DNA of 64,000 nt, from NCBI GenBank assembly GCA_019058315.1, contig JAHPZH010000002.1, positions 320,001 through 384,000 on the forward strand. The letters are read 5' to 3'. The notes below the pieces were generated by a model. That model did not search any database, was not told the DNA's origin, and was given only the letters and a program-made list of their open reading frames with translations. Numbering within the stretch: position 1 is the stretch's first letter; each line of letters begins with the position of its first letter. The translations under genes were made by a program, and so were the position numbers. Below are positions 28,232 to 38,300 of the stretch, one piece after another. Source of the stretch: Candidatus Helarchaeota archaeon (GTDB taxonomy: Archaea; Asgardarchaeota; Lokiarchaeia; Helarchaeales; RDOG01).

Positions 28232-28972
28232 ATGTTAACGAAATATTTTTCAATTGTAGGTTATTCAGATTCTGGAAAAACTTTTGTAATTGAGAAAATA
28301 ATTAAACATCTAGTTAAAAAAGGATATAAAGTAGGAGTATGTAAATATATCCATCATTCAGGATTTGGCATTGATATTCCAGACAAGGATACAACAAAAT
28401 TTTATGAAAATGGAGCTAAAATCATTTCATATGTTTCTCCAGATGCAAATGGTATAATAAATATTGAAAAAGAAGGCACAAGTTCAACTTTAAGAAATAT
28501 TGAGAATAAAGTTGATTATTTAATCCTAGAAGGATTTAGAAATTTAACTGGAGTGCCTAGAATGGCAATTATTAAGGAGGAATCAGACCTAAAAAGCCTT
28601 TTAGACGAATTTACTATAGGAATAACCAGTCATCTAATAGATCTATCCAAACATAATTTATTTATCAAGGATGAGAATATCCCATCTTTTGTTGAGAAAA
28701 GAGCTCTTCCACCTATGACTTCATTAAATTGTCAAAAATGTGGCTATGATTCATGCAAGGCATTCTACAAAGCTTTACTAATGGAAAAAGAAGATAGATC
28801 TAAATGTGTTCTTCAAATTAGAAATATAAAATTATTTGTTAATAAAAAATTACTCCTAATTAACCCATTTGTAGAAGATGTGTTTAGAAATGTAATATCG
28901 GGTATTGTTGAGACCTTACAAAGACCAGATGAAAAAATTAATTCAATTGATATCAATATTAAAATTGAATAA
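28232..28972 (+). CDS. mobB: Molybdopterin-guanine dinucleotide biosynthesis protein B with Fe-S domain
   Basis: GYSDSGKT, KYIHH, DT, ILEGF, LNCQKCGYDSC…C, NPFV. Confidence 0.88.
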   Translation: MLTKYFSIVGYSDSGKTFVIEKIIKHLVKKGYKVGVCKYIHHSGFGIDIPDKDTTKFYENGAKIISYVSPDANGIINIEKEGTSSTLRNIENKVDYLILEGFRNLTGVPRMAIIKEESDLKSLLDEFTIGITSHLIDLSKHNLFIKDENIPSFVEKRALPPMTSLNCQKCGYDSCKAFYKALLMEKEDRSKCVLQIRNIKLFVNKKLLLINPFVEDVFRNVISGIVETLQRPDEKINSIDINIKIE

Positions 28973-29051
28973 AAATTAAAATTTTGTAATAATATTGAAT
29001 TAATATTATATTTTTTACTAAATTTTTAAAAATAAATGGAAGATCCATAAA

Positions 29052-30182
29052 ATGCCCAAAGGAATTTTTATATTTAGTAATGGTGCTCAAGATATTACAA
29101 AAGTTGAAGCTAAATATCCCGAAGATTTAATAATATCAGATAAAATTCTTAATATAATAAAATTATCTCATGAAATTAAAGAAGGTTATAGTTTTTCAAC
29201 CATAATTATTGGTAAATCTAAATTTGCATCTCTTTATACAGGTCCGGAATTTAATCATTTTATTAATTTATATTTGACCGATGAGGATGATTCTGTAATT
29301 TTTGAAAATGCACTCTCATATTATAGTAATAAAATAATGAAGAACATCTCAACTGATAAATTTGAAGAAGTTCTTCCAGGAATTTACGAAGAAATTTCAT
29401 TATATCCAACTTTTGATGAAGAACAAAAATTAGCAATTGCTTATAATAATGAAATTAAACGTTTAATTATGCAAAAATTAATTGTAAATGCATTTATTTC
29501 AAAAAAAGATTTATTAGATTGGTTAAAAGAAGAATTACAAATAAAAGGGCTCAATATAGATCCTATTCTTGATTCCTTAATGAAACTTGATTTAGTAAAA
29601 AAATCGGGTATTAAAGACATATCAGATGAATATGTATTTTGTACAGGGGATTTTTTTATAACCCGTTTACCACCGTCAGAAATAGTTGAATTAGTTGATA
29701 AAAAAAAGATACCTGAATCAATAGCTTCGGAATTTTTTTCTAAAGTAAAGGATTTTTTTCAAAATTATTCACCTACATCAGAAGATGCAGAAATAATAGC
29801 AGAAATAATTAGTGATTTAGATTGTTACAATACTTTAAAATTATTAAGATTATCTCCAGCAACTAAGAAAGGGTTTTCAAGTGTAGGAAATAAAATAAAA
29901 GATTTGGATTTAACTCTACAGAAATTTCAATCAAACAAAATTTCAGATATAATAAAGGATGAAAAGGGTCGTGAATATCATTTCTTAATAACTGATATTC
30001 GTATAAAAAAATTCTTTCCAGAATATTTACTGAAAATAATATTAAAAAGTTATAATGAGAAATCTGTTCCTAATTCCGTTGTATTGGATAATTTGGAACT
30101 TTTAATAAATACATATGATGATGAAATGGAACGTATTAAAGAAGAAGAGAAAAGGAAAGAAATGGAAGGAGAAAATGAATAA
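29052..30182 (+). CDS. Asgard-type conserved protein with N-terminal longin/uDENN-like domain
   Basis: MPKGIFIF…AKYPE…SH…ASLYTGPE…FPEYL resembles a recurrent Lokiarchaeia family (recognised from memory). Confidence 0.55.
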   Translation: MPKGIFIFSNGAQDITKVEAKYPEDLIISDKILNIIKLSHEIKEGYSFSTIIIGKSKFASLYTGPEFNHFINLYLTDEDDSVIFENALSYYSNKIMKNISTDKFEEVLPGIYEEISLYPTFDEEQKLAIAYNNEIKRLIMQKLIVNAFISKKDLLDWLKEELQIKGLNIDPILDSLMKLDLVKKSGIKDISDEYVFCTGDFFITRLPPSEIVELVDKKKIPESIASEFFSKVKDFFQNYSPTSEDAEIIAEIISDLDCYNTLKLLRLSPATKKGFSSVGNKIKDLDLTLQKFQSNKISDIIKDEKGREYHFLITDIRIKKFFPEYLLKIILKSYNEKSVPNSVVLDNLELLINTYDDEMERIKEEEKRKEMEGENE

Positions 30183-31266
30183 TGAGAGGACGTTTAAATT
30201 GAGAAGAAAAACCAAAATATTATTCATCGCAAATCTTTTAATCATTTTTATGATTTTTTCAATTCAAAACTCATCTAATACTTGCACTTTGGAGAATTTT
30301 CAGAAGCAATATGCTTATAATGGTATAGATAAGTCAAAAGAAGTAAAATTAATCTATAATGCTGATAATGCGACTCTTATAAACGGAAGTTTAGTCAGTC
30401 TTTATGAGATCGATTTATATAGATTTGAAAGCTGCAATATCACTTTCAATTATACTGATGCAATAAATAATAAGACCATTGATGGTGCAGATGCAAATTT
30501 TACGTGGTATAAAAAAAATGATCCATCTGTTATATACAATGGGACTTTAATAAATAGTAGCAGTGGGATTTACATTCTAGATTTTAATACTTCATCAAGA
30601 GAAATTGGAGATTATATTATTGATGTTTATATTAAAATTACTAATTATACAAAACCGACTTTAATTGTTAAATTGTCGATCAACCGTAGATCCACTAAGT
30701 TATTAACTCTAACAGGTACAACCCTTAAAATCGAAAGAGGGACCATATTCCCTATTCTATTTTTCTTAGAGGATTCTATAAATGGAACAAATTTGGAGGA
30801 TTTTCCTCTTAAATGGATTATGGGCTATTTTTCAGGTGAATTGATTTCTTTAAAAGATGGGTTATATATGTTTCCTATTCCTACTTCATTATTTGAAATA
30901 GGCTCTAATATTTTTATTTTAGACTCATCATCCGTCAATGACTATAATATAGAAAGTTCAACTGTAATACTTGATATAACATGGGAAAAAATATTGGGAA
31001 TAGATGCTCCAATATTTTACGCAATTTTAATTATATCTATAATAGTTTGTGTTTGTATTTTGTTATATATTTTTATAAAAAGATTATCTAAGCCAAAAGC
31101 TATTAGAAAAATTCATGATAGCATTAAAAAGATTGAAAAAGATATAAGACCAATATCCATTACTGAAATAAGGAGTCGTGAGGAGATCTATAACAGTTTA
31201 TTCAAAAAAGACTGGGAAAAAATTAATAAACACCCCAAAATTACTCCTAAAAAACCAGTTGATTAA
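30175..31266 (+). CDS. Cell-surface glycoprotein with Ig-like beta domains and C-terminal TM
   Basis: Signal-like N-terminus, many N-x-S/T sequons, TM near the C-terminus; likely start ATG 30175. Confidence 0.7.
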   Translation: MNNERTFKLRRKTKILFIANLLIIFMIFSIQNSSNTCTLENFQKQYAYNGIDKSKEVKLIYNADNATLINGSLVSLYEIDLYRFESCNITFNYTDAINNKTIDGADANFTWYKKNDPSVIYNGTLINSSSGIYILDFNTSSREIGDYIIDVYIKITNYTKPTLIVKLSINRRSTKLLTLTGTTLKIERGTIFPILFFLEDSINGTNLEDFPLKWIMGYFSGELISLKDGLYMFPIPTSLFEIGSNIFILDSSSVNDYNIESSTVILDITWEKILGIDAPIFYAILIISIIVCVCILLYIFIKRLSKPKAIRKIHDSIKKIEKDIRPISITEIRSREEIYNSLFKKDWEKINKHPKITPKKPVD

Positions 31267-31313
31267 AGATATTAAATATTAAAAAAAAATTACTTAATTT
31301 ATTGTGATTATAA

Positions 31314-31721
31314 TTGTCAAAATGGTACGAGGAAGAAGCAATAAAAGAATGGATTGAAATTGCAATAAAACTTCACAGAAATTTTATCAATATCGGACTT
31401 GCACTTGGTATTAGGGCTTCCGTTGTTGGGATGAAAGCGTTAGGGGTCGATAGGAGTAAAATTGAGAAGGCAGAAGTGTGGGGAGTAAAGTGTTTTGGTG
31501 AAGCTGTTGAAGTAATGACTGGTTGTAAACTAATTAGGGAAAAATTAGTTTTTCATGAAATATATGAACCACCACTTAAACCAAAATTAATTTTATGGAC
31601 AATTAATAATAAAGCTATATTAGAATTACTAGCAAGAGAATTTAAGAACGAAGATGAAGTTTTTAACGCTCCTGAAGAAGAAGTTTTTGAAAATGTGACA
31701 ATATCAAATATAAATTTGTAA
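31314..31721 (+). CDS. Short FmdE-like protein
   Basis: LH…GLALGIRA…KCFGEAVEVMTGC. Confidence 0.72.
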   Translation: MSKWYEEEAIKEWIEIAIKLHRNFINIGLALGIRASVVGMKALGVDRSKIEKAEVWGVKCFGEAVEVMTGCKLIREKLVFHEIYEPPLKPKLILWTINNKAILELLAREFKNEDEVFNAPEEEVFENVTISNINL

Positions 31722-31847
31722 GTCCAGTCATAAGAAAATTCCAAATAAACATCTTAGTCTCTAATGATTTCAATTACTTTATCAATACCAAAAGCTTTAA
31801 TTGAAATTTAAATTTGTTTTTTAGTAAAAAAAATATGAAAATTTTTT

Positions 31848-31915
31848 GATTTGGTGAACTTTGGCTAAGTTTAAAGAATAAAATTTTCCTTTTTTATTTT
31901 ATTCCATACCAAATC
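31848..31915 (-). promoter_or_regulatory. Branched stem-loop immediately 3' of the selenoprotein gene (candidate SECIS-equivalent or terminator)
   Basis: Complementary arms 31848-55/31908-15, 31876-84/31896-904 and 31857-61/31867-71. Confidence 0.4.
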
Positions 31916-31916
31916 T

Positions 31917-32393
31917 TTAATTTTGAAGTTTTTCAAGCTCTTCGAATAATTTTATATTTTTAGGAATGTCTTTCATTGAATTACCATAATAGGCATACTG
32001 AATTATTCCTTCTTTATCTAATATTAATAATGCTGGCATTCTTCCTAACTTTGTCCAATTGACTTCTTGCTTTAACATTTTTAGAACTGTTTTTTTTGGA
32101 TCATAATATATTGCAAATTTATTTTGGGCATATTTAGTTTCAAGTTTTTTAGCATTTTTCTCTCTATCCGGAGTGATTGGATATAAAACAGTATTCAACT
32201 CTTCAAATTTCTCAATATCTCTTGCTAATCTCCTAATATGTGCTCTACAATATGGTCACATAATACCTCGAAGCATTATTACAATTACATTTTTCTTTCC
32301 ATAGAATTGATTGATATTGATTGTTTCTTCTCTTGAACTTGGTAGATTAATTTCTGGAATTTTCTTCCCAATCATGTCGAACTTATCTTTCAT
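31917..32393 (-). CDS. Peroxiredoxin-like (AhpC/TSA) selenoprotein, 158 aa, UPYC motif
   Basis: In-frame TGA at 32256-32258 (codon 46) in LRGIM-U-PYC. The upstream part, GKKIPEINLPSS…GKKNVIVI, is a normal thioredoxin-fold N-terminus. Confidence 0.88.
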
Positions 32394-32590
32394 CCTTTTC
32401 TTACTCACTTTTTATGATGATCTTATATGTTCTTAAAACCCCAAAGAGAAAATTTCAATAAAAATATGTTTGATTATTTTTTACCTAAAATGAATGTGTA
32501 GGATAAATGGAATAATTTAAGCAATATTAAATAAGATTTTAAAGAAAAATAGAAGGTAAGAATATTAAAATAATAAAAAAATTATATAAA

Positions 32591-33241
32591 TTAAGAAAGT
32601 GCTTTCTTACCAGCTTCATAACCTGTCATTAAAGCTTTTATATTAGTTTCAACTGCTCTTGGCCATTGTTTTTCTAAAGTTTTTTTCATGATTTCAATAG
32701 AAATTGGAAAGTTAGGAACACAACCGATGCTAAAACCTAATAATACGATGTTCATCTGTAAAAAGGTTCCAAATAATTCCTTTGATTTCATATTTGCATT
32801 ATACGTGAAAACTTTTGGAGAAAATTGTTTCATACTCTCAATATATTCTTCTTTTGTAGGATAGTGTAAATCTCCAGAAAAATGTTCTTTTAAAGGCATG
32901 GGATATTCGTTCACAACAATTGTGGTTTCAGGCCCTGCATAATTTAAATATCGAATCCCTTCTAAAGGTTCAGATGCAATTAAGACATCTGCTGAACCGC
33001 TCAAAAGTCTTACAGCATATAATGCATCTCTTTCGCTCGATGCACTTATATCTTTATCACTTTGTTCGGGTACTCCATATCTGACAGTAGCTGTTACTGA
33101 TCCTTCTCTCTGGGTCGCTCCCCGCATCTCTGTACCAATCACCCGAATATCTGCATCAATTGCTGCCATTTTTAGAATTTGCCCAAGAGTTACTATACCT
33201 TGACCTCCCACACCACAACAAAATATATTAAATTTCTTCAA
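32591..33241 (-). CDS. iorB: Indolepyruvate:ferredoxin oxidoreductase beta subunit
   Basis: GVGGQG, GATQREGSV, SEPLEG.RY, NIVLLG. Confidence 0.88.
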   Translation of the reverse strand: MKKFNIFCCGVGGQGIVTLGQILKMAAIDADIRVIGTEMRGATQREGSVTATVRYGVPEQSDKDISASSERDALYAVRLLSGSADVLIASEPLEGIRYLNYAGPETTIVVNEYPMPLKEHFSGDLHYPTKEEYIESMKQFSPKVFTYNANMKSKELFGTFLQMNIVLLGFSIGCVPNFPISIEIMKKTLEKQWPRAVETNIKALMTGYEAGKKALS

Positions 33242-33256
33242 TTCAAATCTACCTCT

Positions 33257-35167
33257 TTAATGAATTAATATATCCGCCTCAACAATTGCTGAATTTGGAC
33301 ATACATCTTTACAGACTCCACAATTTGTACACTTGGCATCCTCAATGTAATAGTATTTCTCACCATTTTCGTCAAATCCAACCCTAATCGCAACACAACC
33401 AAAGATTAATAGACATTCGTCGCATTGTTGGCATCGTTCAGGAATGATTCGATAATAACTTTGTAATGGTTTTATAATGCCCCTAGCGGCTTCTCTCTTT
33501 TCTCTTCTATCGACTTGAATATTACATTCTCTAGAAGAAATTATGACTTTTGGTCCTTTTACATTAAAGGTTTGACGATAAACCCTTTCAAGAGTCTTAA
33601 TGTTATAGGCATCTACTACTCGAATAAATTTAACTCCAAATGCTCGACAAATATCTGCAATTTTTATTGGATCAAAAGGTTCTCCTAAAGAATTAACCCC
33701 CGAATGTGGGAGTGGCTGATGTCCAGTCATTGAAGTCCATCTATTATCCATAATTATTAAAGTTATATTTGCTTGTGTGTATACTGCATTTAGTAATGCT
33801 TGCATTCCGGTATGGAAAAATGTAGAATCTCCCATAAATGTAAAAACGGGTCTATCATCTCTATGAGCAATTCCTTGTCCAATTCCTAGTCCTGAACTCA
33901 TGCAAACCATCCACTCTCCCATACCATATGTTGTGACAAGTGCATTACACCCAATATCTGCTCCAATTATTACATCTTTACCTTCGGTTGCTTTTCTTAA
34001 AGCATAAGCAGTGGCACGATGAGGACAGCCTGCACAAAAAGTTGGTAATCTTGTGACGAGAGATCCTCTTACTTTTCCGTGCATTTTTGAAATAGAATCA
34101 ATATCATATCTCGATTTCACACCTTCTACCGCTTTCATTATGCCTTTAATAACAATGTCTGGTGAAAATTCATCAACACGAGGAAAAACGTCTTTTCCAA
34201 AGACTTTAAATTTCAAACCTCCATCAAAGGCTATTTGTTTAATGTAATTTTCTAAAAATGGTTCCATCTCTTCAAGTACTATTACTGTTTCTAAATCGTT
34301 ACAAAAATTTAATACTTGTTCTTCATCTAGAGGAAATTGGATTCCTGGACGAAATATAGGAACGTCATTTAAATCACAAGCATTTAAAGCTTCCAAAGCA
34401 TATCCAAAAGACATTCCGCCAGCAATTACGCCAATTTTAGAGTCTCCAGGTATTATTTTATTAAAAGGCGATTTAGCAGCATATTTTTTGATTTTTTTGT
34501 GTCTTTTAAAAAGCCGCTTGTGATTTTGGAGGCCGATCATCGCCCCTAATAGAAATCTAGTCTTATCAGGTTTGAATTTACCTTTTCCTTCAATAACTCC
34601 AAGAGGACCTAGTTCTATGTCACCCATGGAATGAGCAATTCGGGTATTAAAATTAATTGTAATGGGGATATCATTTTTCTTTGAAACTGGAAAAGCTTCT
34701 TTAGTAAAATCTTTCAATTCTTGAATAGATGATGGTTCAAAAATGGGAATTCCCATATGTCTAAAAACATCTCTGTTATCTGCCTCGTTAGTAGAGCTTA
34801 TAAGCCCTGGATCACCAGCATGAGCGATGACAAGTGCACCAGGTTTTGTTCCTCCATAAGTGGCGCATTGCATATAATCTGCTGCGACATTTAACCCTAA
34901 CATTTTAAAGCAAACAAGTGCATTTGCTCCACTCCAAGCACCACCAAATGCACTTCCAGCAGCCATAGCTTCATTTGTTGAATATTCGAAATAAATTTCT
35001 GGTATCTCTTTAACTACTTCAGCATAGGCATCTGCAACTTCAGAGGCAGGAGCACCAGGATAAGTTGTAACATAATTACATCCCGCCTCAAGTGCACCTC
35101 GAACGATAGCTTCATCTCCCAGTACTAAAATACGCTTCCCAGGAGAGTCCAACATTATTCTCTTCAT
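33257..35167 (-). CDS. iorA: Indolepyruvate:ferredoxin oxidoreductase alpha subunit
   Basis: GDEAIVRGA, YPGAP, STNE, FCAGCPHR, DIGC, GDSTFFH, MTGHQ, C-terminal ferredoxin. Confidence 0.93.
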   Translation of the reverse strand: MKRIMLDSPGKRILVLGDEAIVRGALEAGCNYVTTYPGAPASEVADAYAEVVKEIPEIYFEYSTNEAMAAGSAFGGAWSGANALVCFKMLGLNVAADYMQCATYGGTKPGALVIAHAGDPGLISSTNEADNRDVFRHMGIPIFEPSSIQELKDFTKEAFPVSKKNDIPITINFNTRIAHSMGDIELGPLGVIEGKGKFKPDKTRFLLGAMIGLQNHKRLFKRHKKIKKYAAKSPFNKIIPGDSKIGVIAGGMSFGYALEALNACDLNDVPIFRPGIQFPLDEEQVLNFCNDLETVIVLEEMEPFLENYIKQIAFDGGLKFKVFGKDVFPRVDEFSPDIVIKGIMKAVEGVKSRYDIDSISKMHGKVRGSLVTRLPTFCAGCPHRATAYALRKATEGKDVIIGADIGCNALVTTYGMGEWMVCMSSGLGIGQGIAHRDDRPVFTFMGDSTFFHTGMQALLNAVYTQANITLIIMDNRWTSMTGHQPLPHSGVNSLGEPFDPIKIADICRAFGVKFIRVVDAYNIKTLERVYRQTFNVKGPKVIISSRECNIQVDRREKREAARGIIKPLQSYYRIIPERCQQCDECLLIFGCVAIRVGFDENGEKYYYIEDAKCTNCGVCKDVCPNSAIVEADILIH

Positions 35168-35349
35168 GTTTAGCTTACCTTAACATTGTTTTATTATATT
35201 AAATAATCAAAATTCTTTTCAATATAGAATATTTCAATTTGAATTATTTTTATCTTTTCCAATTAAAAATTATTCTCAATTAACAAAAATACAAATTTTA
35301 TTTAATAATAATGCATGTAAATATGATATGAGTTTTCATTAAGTAGGTA

Positions 35350-38300
35350 ATGAATATGATAGGGAATAAATTAACAAAAGCATTCACGTTATTAACTTTA
35401 CTTTTTTTATTAAGTTCGAGTATGCAATTTATATTTTCGCATGAATCTAGCAATTTATCATATATCTACTCTTCAAGTTCTTATACTGAACCAACTGTGG
35501 CAATAGCTAATGAAAATCCTCCTACATTGACTAATGGACAGGTTTATCCGACGATAGGGTACAAAAAGGCCACAAGGTTTACTTTTTCGGTTAATTATAC
35601 TGATGCTGATAATAATACACCTGATTATGTAAATGTGACAATAAATGGGACATCTCATATCATGAATAAGCAAGATGGATTTGATAGTAATTATACGGAC
35701 GGTTGTATATATGAATCTATTATATTATTAAATGAAACCGGGTCTTATACTTATCATTTTACTTGTTCAGATGGTATTTTTCCAGCAAGTCTTGGAACGC
35801 AAGTTGGTCCAACCGTAGAAAATTGCTCCTTATTTGAGAGTATGTACATAAATCATACCTTTACAAATTCTACTGGTGGAAGTGGTCCTTCGAGTTTTGT
35901 TTATTCATTTAACTCAGGACATAGTTTTAACGCGACTTGGACTTATTGGGGAGAAACATGGGATGTAGATGTTCGAAATAGAATCATAGAAAACACCACA
36001 AGTTGGTTTGGTAATAATAATCACACTCCAGCATGGATTTTTACAAATATTTCACTTGGAGATTCGGTCTTAATTGCTGTTAATAGTGAAGGTGACCATA
36101 CATTTAATGTTTCAGACGAATTTGAATATCAACTTTCGGGATTTGGTCCCATAGAGGTCTTGGTGTTGGAAGATCTGACTACTCCAGGCGGAATAGCTTG
36201 GTATGAGAAGAGCACAGGAATTCTTCTAAATGGGACTTTTTATTACAATGGAACGTCACAAAATTATACTTATGATTTTGTAAATACAAATGTTGAGTTC
36301 TCTTATATACCAAACTATCCACCAGAATTGACTCCAGGATTTATCGCACCATTAATTTACAATCAAACCAGTCTTTTAAATTTCACTGTTAATTATACAG
36401 ATAAAAATAATGATGTTCCCGAATATGTGAACGTGCTAATTAATGGAACTTCTTATCCAATGGAAAAACAAAACTCATCGGATGAATACTACATAGATGG
36501 TTGTTTATATCGATATCTTATTTATTTACAACCAGGAACTTATAATTATTCATATGAATGCTCTGATGGAGCTCTTTATAATTCAACAAGCACTTATTTT
36601 GGGATAAATATTGTGGGAATTAATTCCAATTCTCCTACATTAATTAATGGGCAGGTAGATCCAGTTACAGGTTGGAATGGGGTGACATATTTCGCATTTA
36701 CGGTGAACTACACCGATACAGATAATAATGCTCCTAATTATATGAATGTGACAATCAATGGAACATCCTATTCTATGACCCAACAAGATATATATGATAG
36801 CAATTATTCCGATGGTTGTTTGTACTTATATAATACAACATTAAACGTAGTTGGTAATTATTCTTATTACTTCAATTGTTCGGATGGATCTTTTCCGGCA
36901 AGCATTGGTCCATACAGCAATTTAATGGTCGAGGAAGTAGAACAACTTGTAATTTTAATGCCAACACCTTCAAAATATGTAGACCCTTATGTAGATAAGT
37001 TTAAAATTTGGTATTATAACGAGACAAATAAACCAATTGATGTCACACATGTTCGTAAGGGAGGAGTTGAATGTATTGAATATGTTGAAGAACAAGGAGG
37101 GAATCCTAATGAGGATGTTATTGCAAGTATGGGATATAACGATATGGATCGTCTTAGGTTGGGGGGTTATCTAGATCCTTATCAGAGCCCAAACGCAATA
37201 TTTATTAATGATACTTATCTTGAAACAATTCCTGGAAAAAATCCTGATGGGTATTTCACCGGATTTAGTTATAATGCCTTAGGAATTATGGTGAATAATG
37301 ATACTCTTCAAAATAATAATCTATCATATCCTACGGGATATAGGGACTTAGCGTTTAACCATAGTTATAAGGATTTCATTATTATGGGCTCTCCTGTTTT
37401 AGGCACAATTGCCCATACTAATATACAATTAATACTTTTTCACTATGGTTGGATTCAAGGATGGAATATAACCCTTCATTTGGCTTCATTAATAGACGAT
37501 TTCACTGACACAACTGGAACTGCAAATAGTTTAACTGCTGCTGGAGATTATGCTGCAGTTTTGACTAAAGACTCCTACTGGTGGGAATATACTGTTCAAA
37601 ATTACTCTGTTGGTTGGGTATGGCCAGATGAGGGTTCATATTTCCGAATTTTGCATACTGGCATATTGAGTGGAGCGAAAAATGAACAAAACGCTCAATT
37701 TTGGGTGGATTGGATGCTTAGTAAAGAAGGACAAGAAGCATGGATTGACTGTCGTTATGAAGGTGTGTTAAGATCTGACATTACATTGCCACCTGGAATG
37801 CATAGTATGAATGATTTGGCTAATATTACAGAAGCTGAACCAAATTATAGGCAAGATATTGAAGAAGCCCGATATGATACAGTAACTGATATATGTACGA
37901 ATATTATAGGATACCATGGTGAGTTAAAGAACAATTATGATGATGAGGAAGTTCTTGAATATTACCTTAATCTATGGGTAATAAAACCTCAGCAGGAAGC
38001 ACAAAAAGCAATAGAATTAGCAAAAGACACTATAAACTTAGCTTTTATGATGCCATTATCTGATCAAGGGCTAGATTTTCTTATTGTTTCAATAAATTTA
38101 TTTAATCATGCTAAAGAAAAGTACAGCTCAGAATATAACTATGAACAGGCAGCCTCAATAGCAAAAGATGCTGATTACTACGGAAAAATAGCAATGTTAT
38201 TCCCTGTTCAACCTCCAGTTTGGTTATATTACGTAATTATAACAATTATAGTCATAGCGTCATTTGTAATTATACTAAGTGTTTATTTAAAAAGAAGACA

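Noticed and set aside
31917-32198. 93-aa hypothetical protein or pseudogene
   Set aside because: It is the C-terminal part of a UGA-recoded 158-aa selenoprotein
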